Shown piece by piece: positions 47,285-60,299 of a DNA stretch of 64,000 nucleotides (within the stretch, counting starts at the first letter, position 1; each line of letters opens with the position of its first letter). The stretch is from assembly GCA_047967505.1 (NCBI GenBank), contig CM106538.1; one strand, given 5' to 3'. The notes under the pieces are model-generated. The model did not search any database. It saw only the letters and a list, made by a program, of their open reading frames with translations, and was not told where the DNA came from. Both the position numbers and the translations under genes were made by a program. Source of the DNA: Dipteris shenzhenensis (taxonomy: Eukaryota).

Positions 47285-49121
47285 GCCTATGGCATCATTG
47301 CTCTTGGCTTAGGAGATGACTATATTCATCACATTTTTTATTTAGAGTCTCCTTCTGAAGCTTGGCAGAAACTTGACATTATTTTTTGTGCTAGCTCTCA
47401 CATCTCAAAATTGTTACTTAAGATTGCTTTCTTTGAATTGAAGATGGCTAGTGGCACTCCTTTGGCTGCTCATGTCAATCATATGCGGAGTCTCATGACT
47501 CAACTTGCTTCTATCAACTCTCCAATCACTACAGATGATGCAATGGCAGTGTTGCTCAAAAGTATGCCTGAAGATTATGATCATGTTGTTACCACTTTGA
47601 AAAATCTTCTTAAATTTCTGCTCTTCAAGAAGAAGAAAGGCACATGGATATCCGGAGAGGCAATGACACAGCATACCAGAGAGGCAATGACACAGCCTAT
47701 GCCATAAAAATTCAAAAGAGCAAGTTTTCACCTTGCAGACATTGTCGGAAGACTAATCACCTCTCAAAAGATTGCTTCAAGATCAATCCATGCAAACATT
47801 GTGGCAAAAACAATCACTATGAAAAGTATTGTAGAGCCAAAAAGGAAGAAGCTACAAAGTCAGAAACTGCCAATCTACTTTCATTTGATGAGTCTCCACA
47901 TGATGAAGACTATGCTTTTTAGGCACTTTGTCTTTTTTTTTTATCATCACTTGGTCAAAATTTTGAGGCTCTCTGCTTGGAGTAGTACTCCAAAAAGAAT
48001 ATGTTATGTAAATCACCTCTGGTCACCATATGATGTAGACCATGTGATATGTGTTTTGACTATCCCATTTCTGTAAAACTCACACCCTTGGGAACCCTTG
48101 CTAGCATGAGATCCTAGCCATAGATTAATCCTTGACCACCATGAGATGGCATGAGAAACTATGAGACTACATGAATCCTTGACACTGCAAGAGGCAATCC
48201 CTTGAGGGGGGTTTGTTGGGGTAAGTATGATCAAGGGCTTGCTCTATGGTGCATGTGTGCATCTAGGGGAGTCACATGTGTGTTTGTGTGTGTTGTAAAG
48301 GCACATCAAGTGCTATGATGTGTCTAGTGTGTGACCTAAGTGATGATGTAAGACAAAGGCAATCCCACTGATGTAGGGATTGATTCCCACTGATGTAGGG
48401 GCTGATTGCCACTATGTAGGGAAGGTATTACCTTCTCCCCCTTTCTATAAAAGAGAGTCTTCTCTCTCACAATCAATATAGAGATTTCATTGTGCTCTCA
48501 CACCTCTTGCAAGATGCATCTATTCTATCCTACAGGATCCTATAACATTCACTGGGTGTTAAACTACAGCAAATGAAGGATATGCAAATGCCTTCATAGG
48601 GGAGTTGTAAAGCCATGGAAATACTCAGAACAGAGAATGTAGCCCAAGTTTTGTTCTCTAAAATGGGGGTTAATCTCACATGCGAAACAGCCTGGAGAGT
48701 AGGTAAAGCTGAAACACCAATGAGACCCTTAGTACTGAAATTCCGGAATGCCATGGATAGGTCCACCATTATGAGCATGAGAGCAGCATTGAAAGGGACC
48801 AGGATATATTTGGATGATCATCTAACCCTCCTACAATAGGAGCACAGAAGGGAGGGAATGGTACGGGTAATGGCAGCAAGGGAAGCAGGAAAATGGGCTG
48901 TATATAGAGATGGTAAAGTCATTGTCCACGAGAGACCAGCCAGGGAAGAGAAGGAAGATGGGGAGTTATGACGGTGTCGAACCAATGGGATGAATGCACA
49001 TAATGAACTCAAGATGGCAGTGTGGAACTGTAATGGCACACTCTTGTCTAACCCAGGAGGATTCTCAGAGACATACACTGGAAGAGACATGATCTTTTAC
49101 ACCGAGACACATGAGAGTCCA

Positions 49122-50955
49122 TGTCATCCTGCTTCAACATGTATCCACTTGCTTGGTACTATTTCTTTTTGTTTTTCAATAGTATGCTTATTAAGAAATG
49201 AAATGTTTTCCTACTGTTCAGTTACAGACAATGGGGACTAGGTCTAGCATTTGAGGGTGGACCCCCTTGCTTGGGGTTATGGGCATTAGTGACCCACAAG
49301 AGTGATGGCCTCTCTTTGAGAGGGACATCTGGAAACCACACCCCACCTGAGTACCCAAACATGGGACCAATTAAATGCACAGATTGCATACCGACCTAGG
49401 AACCATTCAAGAGAATGTTCCCTGAGCTTTGGGTGTGGGCCTGGGAGCATGCCAAGAGTAATGGAGATACAAGATAAGACGACAAACAAATGAGCTCAGT
49501 ATGGCTCAATTATGACCTTAGAGTACGTCAATAGATAGTCTAAGCTGTTAGGAACCCGTGGGTGCGATCAGAATTGAATTCTGACAACTTTGAAATTTTA
49601 GGGTTTTTGGGAGTGACACGTGGCAGACTGCCACATGGAATCTGATCTGGCAGGTCAGTCCACCTGTCCCACACATGTGGCAGCATGCATGGCAAGTGGC
49701 AGGGCATGCAGGCCAAGTGTTTGGCCCCAAATCTGGTAGATTTGGGGCAGGTTGTGGGCTGTCCTCTTTGGGACTGCAGCCCACCAAAAATCTGGGACAA
49801 GTGTCCACCTTCCACTCTAGGCCGGGGGGGGGGGGGGGTTGAGCCTATAAAAGAAGGCCTCTCCCCTTCATTCCTCACATGAAAAATTCGTCACTTTTCT
49901 TCTCCCTCCCTTTGGATGATGCAGCAGAACCTCTCCAGCTCCTTGGGTGCAGCCAGCTTCTCCCCAGGCCATTCTCTCACCTCAGCAGCACTTTCTCTCT
50001 CTACAACAGCACATTCTCTCTCTACAGTTCCAGCCCCTCCTCTCCAGAAATCTGCCCCCTCTCAGCTCTTCTGGAACAGCAGCAGCATCCTCTCTCCTTC
50101 TCCTAGCGTGGAGCAGCCACAGCCCCTTTCTCTCTCCTGCTGCAGTCTTTCTCTCTCTATTGCAAAATTTCTCTCTCTACTGTTCCAGCCCATTTCCCTT
50201 ACAGAAATCTGCCTTTCTGTGCACCTTTGGAACAGCAGCAGCTCTTCTCTTACATCCCCTCCCTTGGGATCAGCATTGGCACTCTCTCTCTACAGCTATC
50301 ACTCCATAAAAGCTTTCTCTCTCTAGCCTACAGGCTGTTTTTCTAAGCTGTTCTCATTCCAGCCCCATTTCCACACTCTCCTCACCCAAGGTAGCTTCAA
50401 AGGCATCAAGGACTTCATCTACAAAAGGATCAAGTCACGAAGGGAGCCTGTATTGTCAAGTTTATCTCATTTACAGCACTATTTCATGTTGTTTCTACTA
50501 TCTTTCTAGAAACTAGTGCTTGTCTGTAATGTTGGATGTAAGTGGTGATTGTTGCAGGCTTCTTCCTTGTGGATTGGGCAAGCCAAGAGTTGAAACCTGA
50601 GCTTGAAGTCCTCCTTTTTGTTGTCTACCTTGCACATATGCTCTTGAGTCTTGTATCTAGGTCCTAGGTTTTCCCTGAGTTCATCAGTTTGGAAGGTGCA
50701 TTGCACCTTGGTCTTGTATCTCCATTTTCAAGAATAAAGTGAGCCTGGATAAGGGGGGGGGGGCGTCTTGGCCCCTCAATCATATTGCATTTTCCAATGA
50801 TGTCACTTTGCGTTTAAGCTGTATAAGTCTTAATTCCAGCTTAATTGCAAACTCGTAAGTTCAAGTATATGTGTTTGGCAACTCGCAATCATCTCATTCA
50901 AACGCCTCTGCAAAATCCGTTGTCTGAATCGATAGAAAGCACCGAGTAGTTTACA
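49122..50955. mobile_element. Solo LTR (1834 bp) inserted in the LINE APE domain
   Basis: TG...CA ends. Exact 5-bp TSD GTCCA at 49117-49121 and 50956-50960. No coding capacity. Internal TATAAAA at ~49846. Confidence 0.85.
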
Positions 50956-52624
50956 GTCCAGAGAGAGGACTGCCCACTGTGGCAGGATATACACCGGAGG
51001 GAAATGAGGGGAGACAGTGGAGTGCGTGGCTCCGGAGGAGTGGCCATCCTCTTCAGATCACATTTGAGACCCCTCATTTCAGTGGTTCGGAGAGAAGAAC
51101 ACGCGCGAAATATGTGGGTCCGTGTCCAGACACCTAATGCCCGACTAATCTACATGGCAGTGTGCTACTTTCCCCCAGATACATCACCTTATGCACACGC
51201 AGTCACTACGAAGGGACACAGCCCATATGAGACGATACATGATGATCTCATTGAGTTCTCCAGACTAGGAGACAACCTCCTTCTTGGTGACTTCAATGCA
51301 CGCACAGGTGACAGGCAAGTGGGCCTACTTGACTTTACATCAGACTCTCTCATAGTACCAGAACTAGACACTGCAGAGCTTGGGACAATGAGACACTCAG
51401 TGGGTGTATCACATGTGACGGGATACAGCTGGCATCTACTTGACCCGGGGGCTATCCATGACCTAATCATATATAATGGCCTTCAGAGATGGCCATTATC
51501 TGGTGGGTTCACTTGTTTCCCGCATGGCAGAGGTACTAGTACAGTGGATTACATACTCGGTCCCCTATCCTTCACCTCACGGGTACACGACTTCGTTGTG
51601 CCCCCTCCCTTGCGAGGTGCTGACCACTCATACCTATCCTTTAGCATCTCCACCACTAGGTTTTGATTTGGGGGGTGATGAGCCTATATAAGTCCATCAG
51701 GGGACTAGTTCGCGCCCCAGGAGGCCTGTCAAGCCCCCTCTCACCGACTCTCTTCGGCCTCTATATTGATGAGATCACATCCTTCATAGACTGCCTGGGA
51801 GGCGAGGGGTCACCGCTAGCTGATTTGTTGGTACTGATACTACTATATGCGGATGACATAGTCCTCTTGTTGTCCTTAGCAGAGGGTTTACAAAGACATC
51901 TGGAGGCCCTCGAGGAGTTCTGCACAGAGAGAGATCTGACAATTAACCTTGGAAAGACCAAGGTTATGATCTTCAACACCTCATACCCAATGCTCCATCG
52001 ACATAGCTTCACTTACCGAGGTTAGCCAGTAGAGATTGTGCAGTCCTACACATACTTGGGTGTAGTTTTCACTGGGCCAACTTTCACGATGATCCATGCA
52101 GCTCAAGCACGCCTCACACGAGGATATGGTGCTCTGGCCCGGCTAGAGCGACAATGTTTCCAGGCGCACTTTCAGGACCCACCGACGAAGTGCTGGCTTT
52201 TCGACACCTTAGTGAGACCAACTGCCATGTATGCAGCACCGTTCTGGGGGTGTGATATTTCAGTAGCAGAGTGGAAGAGATTTGAGCAGCTATAGATAAT
52301 CATGGGATCCAGGATGATTTGTAGTAAGCCCTCAATCCCCCATCAGATAGTACATGCAAAGTTTGCTATGACCCCTCTTCAAATGGATGTCACCTTTCAG
52401 ACAATGACCTTCCTCCATAGAGTCTGGGACCTACCTCATGAGAGGCTACCGAGACTGGCATTGGAATCCTCTATCTGACTGGCAAAGAGTGGGTTTGATA
52501 CAGCGTGATATGCACGCGTCTCTGCTTGGTTCGCCAGTCATGGCATTCAGATGGACAGGCTCCCTCCTTTTCAGTATAGCATGGATGCACCCCCCAAGCT
52601 GATTCTGCAAGATTAGATTAATCG

Positions 52625-53029
52625 CATCATACGGTTAGACCTCCTCCAGCTTCACACACTTCGGACTTGCGGGGGGGGGACCAGGATTTGCCCACCAAGA
52701 CCCAGCTCTACTATGACCATTTCTTGAGAGTATCGGAGGATGGCCTCATCATCAGACCCCAGTATCTTGAGGACAGAGGTGTCTCACATGCACTGAGGAT
52801 TGCCATTGGACAACAAGTCTCCTCCCATCATACGGTTAGACCTCCTCTAGCTTCACACACTTCGGACTGGGGGGAGGGACAAGGATTTCCCCACCAAGAC
52901 CCAACTCTACTATGACCATTTCTTGAGAGTATCGGAGGATGGCCTCATCATCAGACCCCAGTATCTTGAGGACAGAGGAGTCTCACATGCACTGAGGATT
53001 GCCATTGGACAGCAAGTCTCCTCCCATCA
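52625..53029. repeat. ~201-bp tandem duplication within LINE ORF2
   Basis: CATCATACGGTTAGACCTCC... starts at 52625 and again at 52826. CATCA microhomology at the junctions. Confidence 0.9.
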
Positions 53030-54891
53030 GCTGAGGATTGAGGCAGGGAGAGCTGTAGGCATACCTAGAGAGCAGCGAACTTGTATGCTATGCTCGATGG
53101 GTCAGGTCAAGACCGAGGAGCACTTTCTTTGAATGTGTCCTGCCTATTACGAGATCCGAGGGTGCTACCATTGCCTTTTTCAGGAGGGACACGGGTTTGG
53201 CCCACTCTCACGATTGATCCACTTCCAGGATCAGGTCTGTATTGGGCTCTACCTGATGGAGATGCGGAGACACAGAGAGACACTACTTCGATGGATCAGA
53301 GAGCAGCAGGATGCGACCACCACGTCACAAGATAGTGAGGTGGAGCGAGCGCAGAGGTAGGTCACCGACTTCTATGCATTTAAGTCAGCTCTAGGGCACT
53401 CGGGAGTAGAGGAGGAGGAGCTAGCTGACATGAGAGATAGATGGGTCAGTAGAGGGAGTCAACACGATACCACTACTGGACGAGGGTCACGGGGATCTCA
53501 CATGCGACAGGAGACCAGAGCACACACGATTGAGGTTTGACCTATCTCAGCTCTTCTCAAAGGCGACCGACAGAGACGTGGCATTACACTTGACATAGCC
53601 CATCGGATCCAGAGATCGAGGAGACCACCCCCCCCCCAGTGCCAAAGAGCTCGATAGAGGCTGATACGTGAGCTCTTTGTGTCACACCAGAGAGCTATCA
53701 TGGAGCTTGGATACATGGAGCCAGATCATGTTCTTGGAGCATTAGCCCTGAGCGCCTGACATGCCTCACTCATGTTACACACTATTTGGCTTTTCTGGCC
53801 TGACTTGATATGATGTACTACATTGGTATTTCAGTTTATGTGTTTTCTAGTTTTCTAGTACTCAGCGAAGGCCTTAGCGAGCCCTTCGCTCCAGCCCACT
53901 GTGGCTTGTATGAGTTTACTTTGTTTCCGCACTTTTGTCCCATAGGCCCGAGAGGCCTCCCGCGGACGTTAATACATCTTTCTTTCTTTCTTTCTTTCAC
54001 CCCAAAGGATCTGGGAAGCTTCTTCCCCCTCAGCATACATAGCCCCATCTTTGTGATTACTCAATTCTCTCTCTCTGCCTTGGTGGGATGTGTGTAGTGG
54101 TCAACGGTCTCTTGAACTGAGTTAGGCCGACTTAAACTGAGCCAACCAGGCCCAACACCAACCAGTCGCCCAGCTCCGACTGGTCTGTACTGACCACAAC
54201 CTGCTGCTGCTGATGCCGACCTGCTGACATGCCTGTAAATATGCCCTGGCCTGCTGCATGTTTGGGCTGCTCTGCAGCTGCTCTCCAGGCTGACCTGCAC
54301 ACTGTTCCTGAGGCTGTACAAGCCTGTACTGCATGCCATCAATCAGGCCCCACAGCATGCAGATGCTTTAGGAAAGCCTCTATCCTATCCAAACCCTTGT
54401 CCTCCTCATATGGGGGCTCATAGCTGGGTTAGTGACCTTTTTGAACAAAGGTTCAGTCTCTTGTTTTGAAGCTAGCACTTTTCTTATTGTGAGTAGATGA
54501 ATGCCATGTGCATGCTCGAGAGGGATGAGAGTACACGGGAAACCACATCATTTGACATCATGCTTGCTATGTCAAAATCCATGGCAGGATGTGTGCCATA
54601 TTAATGTGTTTGATAAGCATGCTTTCCTCAAGGGTGGACCTTGTTAGAGAATATAAAGTCATGCATCCACTACCACGCAAGGTCCAGGTACCATCTCAAA
54701 CAAGAGAGTGACAACTCCCCACAGCAGCGGAAGACACAACTTAACATGAGGCAACTCCTCACTCTGTGTGCATGCATGCAAACAAAACTCTTCAGATCTG
54801 GAAGATAGAACACTCAGATCTGCAGCCCAAATAATAGATATATATATGTGAAAATCCAGGAACCAAACCTGCTAATGATTGTATGGAAACC

Positions 54892-55140
54892 TGTTGGAAA
54901 AGTCATCTCCATCTGTAAGCTTCCATATGAGGAGAGGATGGGGGAGGTGGACTTAAGGTTGATGTGGCTGCCACATGGGCAGCACATAGGCTGCCATGTG
55001 GGCAGCATTCTCACAGAGAAAAGCAAGAAGTGGGGGGTGCCACATGGGCACAGCACAAAGGCTGCCATTTGGGGCAGAGATGCACAGATATGACAGGTTT
55101 GACTGAAGGGGCCTGGGACAGGTGGTGCATATGTATGTAC
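54892..55140 (+). repeat. Truncated 5' portion of the TGTTGGAA-family LTR
   Basis: Matches 57718 and 57832-58170 (GGCTGCCACATGGGCAGCACATAGG...). Confidence 0.75.
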
Positions 55141-56400
55141 TGTTGACCAGCAAGGGGCTGCACAACAGTCCAACTGAAAGCACCCTCTACATCAAGAAGG
55201 ATGAGGGGGATATTTTAGTCATCATTCTTTATGTAGATGACTTACTACTCACAGGGTCAAATGAAGATAATATTGCAGATTTTAAAGCTGAATTGCAGAC
55301 CACTTTTGACATGTCAAATTTGGGGCTGCTACACTTTTATTTGGGGATCCAGTTCACTCAAGAGCAAAGTGGCATCGGTATGTCTCAATCTAAGTATGTG
55401 CAAAAACTCTTAGACAGATTCAACATGTAGGATTGTAAGCCCATAGCTACTCCCATGGAGCCGGGGTTGAAGCTTACAATGCATGAAGCAGGTGAATCAT
55501 TTGATGTCACTCTCTACAGTCAGGCTGTTGGATGCCTCATTTATCTCTGCAATACACGACCTGATATTCAGTTTGCAGTTTCTCACGTGAGCAGATATAT
55601 GCACAGCCCAAAGACTATGCATTGGGAGGCTGTAAAACACATCTTCCGTTATTTGCAAGGTACCAAGTCTTTTGGCTTGATGTTTCCCAGGGGGGGTGAC
55701 TTGCAGATGCATGCCTACAGTGACTCAGATTGGGCTGGAGATTATGACACTAGGTAGTCCACAAGTGGCAATTGTTTCTTTTTGGGCAAAGGTTGTATTT
55801 CTTGGTTGAGCAAGAAACAATCTACAGTGGCTACCTCTTCATGTGAAGCTGAGTACAGGGTAGCTTTCACAGTGACAGTTGAATGTGTTTGGTTGCGTCG
55901 TTTATTTGCTGATCTTCATCTTTCATTGGAGGGTCTTTCTCCAATTCTCACTGATAGTCAGAGTGCTATTGCAGTGGCAAAGAATCCTGTGTTTCATGCT
56001 CGCACGAAGCACATTGAGGTTCACTATCACTACGTCAGAGAGAAGTTGCATGCAGGAGAGATCAGCATGATCTATGTGTCAACACATGACAATGTTGCAG
56101 ACATTTTCACCAAAGCACTTCCACGTGAAAAGTTGGAGGCATTTCGCAGTGCCCTGAACTTATCTCCTTTTGGTGATTGATCATTTTCTTGTACATGACA
56201 TTGGCATTGCAGGGGGGTGTTAGAATTATTGCTATAATTTAGCAGTGACCAATGTAATGTAATAAGTAGGTTAGGGGCACTTTTCCCTCACTTAGAGGTT
56301 TTTCCCCCTAACCACAGTTAGTTCACTAACTATGGTTAGTGAAGTGATAAGGTTTTGTTACTTAGACAAAACCTGTTCTCACCTTTGCTCTCTCTCCCAT
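55141..56400 (+). mobile_element. Copia 3' fragment: RT C-terminus + RNase H, PPT and start of 3' LTR
   Basis: LYVDDLL, TRPDIQFAV, YSDSDWAG, SSCEAEY, HARTKHIEVHYHYVRE, ADIFTKAL. PPT AGGGGGG at 56211-56217, then TGTTAG. Confidence 0.88.
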
Positions 56401-59045
56401 TCTCACAATTGCTGGTACTTGGGATGCTACCACGGAATTTCAAGGGCTTCGTTACAACTGTGACAACAGGAGAGAGGAACATGCCTATGAATTTTGAGGA
56501 GCTCAGTCCCTTATTGCTACAGGAGGCTCGTTTTTGAGAGAAACTCTATAATAAATACGATGACAAGGCGTGACAAAGTCAGTTCCTGTAAGGTGGCAAG
56601 CCCAAGAATGACAACTCTAAGGACACTTTAGAAAACAAGAAAAAGAGGAAGCAAAAGAAGTGCTTCTATTGTGATACGCCATGCCATTTGGGAAAGATTG
56701 CAGAAAGAAGAAGGCAGATAAGAAGAACAAGAAGGGGTTCAGCTTAGATTCAGGGGAGTCAGACATAGCCAATGTTGTAGTCAGTGGAGAACTAGTCTTG
56801 TTGACATCTCGGTGTGTTACTGAGGGTAAGATATGGAGGCACATAAGTCATAGTGAGGATGTATGATATTGAGATGTGGGCAAAAGAGGAGTTAGAAACC
56901 TTTGTGAAGGTGAAGACTCTTCCAAGTGCAGATAAGATTGACATAAGGGAGGACTCCATGTAGTGGCCTAGGGTTTCAGGGTCAGATGGATGCTGTGGTT
57001 CGGAAGGGGGCATTGCAAGACTACATAGGGCAGTTGAATATGCATGCATGAGGTGCATGGTTTGCTTTCAGAGCAAGCACATAGGCAGGACGACGTTCTA
57101 GTATGTACTCTATGTAATTTATTTAAGGCTTTATAGCATGCGGTGGGAAGAATTTGCTCTTCATGTGTCTCAGGAAAGGTGAGATTGGAAGGTGTATGCA
57201 TTCTTGGAAGGTAGAAGGGGAAGTGTCTTTAACTCTCGGAAGCAGATTGCTAGAAGGTGATTATGGTGAAGGCGTACTGAAGCCAGAAGAATACTTGCTT
57301 CAGAGCTTATTGGCAGCTTATGGTCTAGGTTAAATCTTGAGATTTCATTTCGCGAGATGGTTGTTTTGTTGCAAAGCTTGCCAGAGGAAGGACAGGTTGA
57401 AACAACCCAGAGAGCCTGGTGTTTGGAAGAGGCAAGGCTGGCCACTCATTATGAGGGAAGTAGTTGGAGAGAGACTGTTTGCATCAGGTGTGCTCGAAAT
57501 CGATGGCAGGAACGTGACTGAAGCAGGTGCCATCTGGTGCTACCAAGGATGGACTCATGTAGCAGGATGGTTTGCTTATGCGGGACCAGACCTAGAGGAG
57601 CAAGAGCCACTGGTTGAAAGACCAAGAATTGACATCGACACTACATTGTTCCAGAGAGCTTCAACATGGGAGCTGATGGAGCATCTTCATTGGCCAAGCT
57701 GTGTCGGTGAGAGGGGGTGTTGGAAAAGTCACCTCCCCATCTATAAGCCCCCATATGAAGATGGGAGCTGATGGAGCATCTTCATTGATGAGTTTGGATT
57801 GGGCCAAGTTGTCTCGGTGTGAGGGGCTGATGGGAAAGGTCACCTCCCCATCTATAAGCCCCCATATGAGGGGAGCATGGGGGAGGTGAACTTAAGGTTG
57901 ATGTGGCTGCCACATGGGCAGCACATAGGCTACCATGTGGGAAGCATACTCACAGAGAAAAGCAAGAAGAGGGGGCTGCCACATGGGCAGCATATAGGCT
58001 GCCATGTGGGCAGCACAACAGGGCAGTACCTGGCAGTATTGGAGCTGTCGTGGAGGCCTGTGGTTGTCCAGAATTGTCACGCAAAAGTCAGGGACTGTAT
58101 AGGGAAGAATGCACAATTCTGACAGGTTTGAATGACCAGAAGGGGCTCGGCACAGGTGGCGCATATGTACAGACAGGTATGGCCGTCTGGAGCAGCTTGT
58201 ATGGAACCATCAAGTACCAGGGCAGAGGCCTGAGGCGGCCAGGTGAGGACAGGTGCAGGACAGCAAGAGCAAAGAAAGGGGCTGCAAATAGGCAGGCCCC
58301 TGATCCTCTTATAGGACCCTATCAGGCTGGGTCAGCACACACCCAAACTGTGGCTGGTAGGGTCGGTTGACTGGGTTGGCAAAGTGGAGCTGACCAGTTG
58401 GTTCATTTTGGGGGCTCCCAGCCCCTGTAAAAGGGAGCAATTTGGGGCTCACAATTCATCCATTGCAGCAGCCTTCAGGGAGCAGTTTGGAGCACCAGGC
58501 CAGCAGGGTTTTGGGCCATCATTCAGAGGGAGGAGAGCTGAGTGCTGCAGACATAGCTCAGAGAAGGGCTTCACCCTTGGCTGTGTCTTCCAGGGCAGCA
58601 AGGTGCAGGGATCAAGGAAGCATCCACTGCCTCACACATGGTTGTCCTGGAGGGATAGCTTGAAGGCTTGTTTTGTAGGCTCAGTGACAAAGCCAACTCA
58701 AGCTCTACGAGAGCACACAGGCTGAGTGATCTAGGAGTGCCATGGAGGTAGGAACACATCACATTTTGGTTAGGACAGAGGACCATGCTCTGGTGGGATT
58801 CTGTAATTGTTTCCATTCTGTCCATATAGGACGGAAATATATCTACTGTTGGTTCTATATCTCTGTTGTGAGCACAACTATTTACTAGCGTGCACATTAT
58901 GTTCAGCACAATAAGTAAACAAGTTTTGGATTTCATCTATGATACCACTATGTGAGTGCTTGGGCTACACATATCTATTTCTGCTGTGTATAACCCTCTG
59001 TTATCTTCCGCTGTGTATAACCCTCTGTTTTGTTTATTTCTAACA
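56400..59045 (+). mobile_element. Internally deleted Copia remnant with PPT and 3' LTR (57718-59045); same family as the element at 1-2267
   Basis: LPRNFKGFVTTVTTG...LLLQEARF is homologous to gag at 200-350. GAGAGGGGG precedes TGTTGGAAAAGTCACC...ATTTCTAACA. Confidence 0.75.
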
Positions 59046-60108
59046 ACACCTGCACATACTAGTACTGAGGTAAGGCAGCCAAAATGGCCGTGTATGGTGC
59101 CCCAACTTATAGACTCTTTCTCTTCTACCGAGTGCCTTCTTGCAGGCTTCAATCTTACCCTCTTGAACACCACATCTGGCTCCTCTACCTCAGTGTAGAT
59201 CTGCCTACGGAAAGGCTGAAATTCCTGCAGACTGAACTACTCAACTACCCCCGTTGGGGGGCTTTCAGGGGACTAGTTTGTCCCCAATTTGATCAACTTG
59301 CCTGATATCTGTTCCTTGACTCCGCAGCTCCTACACTTCAAAATCATCCTGGACCACAGGTTTTTTCCAGGCAGCAAGGACCGCCTATGGTACAACAAAT
59401 CTCAATCATGAACATGGGAGCTTCCTGCATTCTATGTAACATTGACATGAGCATCCACGAAGTCACCCTCTTATCGATTCTGTAAATATGAAAACCATCA
59501 TCTCTTTGACGGATGACCATTTAGATGTCTCCCTATGAACAGCTTGGATCCTGGAAGGCACATACCTCGGGGGTCTGTTCCAACCCAACCATGTATGTCA
59601 CCTTCTGCAATCATGTCCATCAAATGATGTATGGCTGCTCCACACAGATCCCCATTGGCATCACCAATTGGTCTCCACGAGCATGATCCACCTCCTCGAG
59701 AAGCCTCCTGATCACCTGCACTATTAGTAATTCAACTTTTCAAAGTCTTCGTCTCCAGCCCCTAGGGTAATCTTGTAGCAGTCGCCAAAAGCCTCTGCAG
59801 CATAGTGGTTATGTTTAATATGCTTACATGAAAATCCATAACAAGAGACAAAGATGGAATTATACTGATTTGTTGAGATTGCACCTGCACAAGCATACTG
59901 ATTATGTTTAATATGCATATATAAAAATCCATAACAAGAAATGAAAATGGAACTATGTTCAGCAGAGGAATGATTGAATTCTGTCAGATGTCATGATCAG
60001 GAATTAGATTGTTCCATTAAACTTCGGGGCTGCAGATTTTTTTATTTTATGCTAGGTATAGTTGTGAATGTATGTTGCTGTGGAATAACTGAATGCTCTG
60101 CATGGCAG

Positions 60109-60187
60109 GCAGGATACTACTGCAGTGTCTGTGAATGTGTTGTGAAGGATTCCGCCAATTATTTGGACCATATAAATGGGAAAAAAC
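60109..60187 (+). CDS. ZMAT2: Host gene exon C of ZMAT2 (matrin-type zinc finger)
   Basis: GGCAG|...|GTGAGA. Encodes [26 protein letters not shown](H). Confidence 0.95.
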
Positions 60188-60299
60188 GTGAGACTTACTA
60201 CCATGTTTCCTCTTCTAAGAACCTGTTGTCTTTTTCTTAGATATGAGTTTTGTACAAGTGGCAATGCTTGTAAGTAGTTTGGTTGGATGTGTCCTGCAG

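Larger units (their letters stand above)
39832..48544 (+). mobile_element. Non-autonomous gag-only LTR retrotransposon (TR-GAG-like), ~2.66 kb after removing the nested Copia
   Basis: 331-bp LTRs at 39832-40162 and 48214-48544. TSD GCATT/ACATT. PBS TGGTATCAGAGC at 40165-40176. PPT GAGGGGGG before the 3' LTR. Gag 41036-41238 + 47290-47920 has two CCHC/CCHC-like knuckles. No pol. Confidence 0.9.
38930..53998 (+). mobile_element. RTE-X-like LINE copy 2, near full length (ORF1 + ORF2), split by a TR-GAG element and a solo LTR
   Basis: ORF1 has a coiled-coil part (39307-39831) and an RRM/CTD-like part (AWRVGK...RPLVLKF...IYLDDHLT, 48615-48970). ORF2 APE starts AVWNCNG...YTETHESP (48990-49121) and resumes at 50961 (GDFNARTG, STVDYIL). 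RT LSPTLFGLYID/LLYADDIVL. C-terminal CMLC...EEHF..CPAY. (CTTT)n tail ends 53998. Confidence 0.85.

Noticed and set aside
55141-56400. 3' half of the Copia at 17225-34790
   Set aside because: It overlaps the same RT region with a different sequence (NSPTESTLY versus NSPTEPTLY), and its LTR start does not match 17225.
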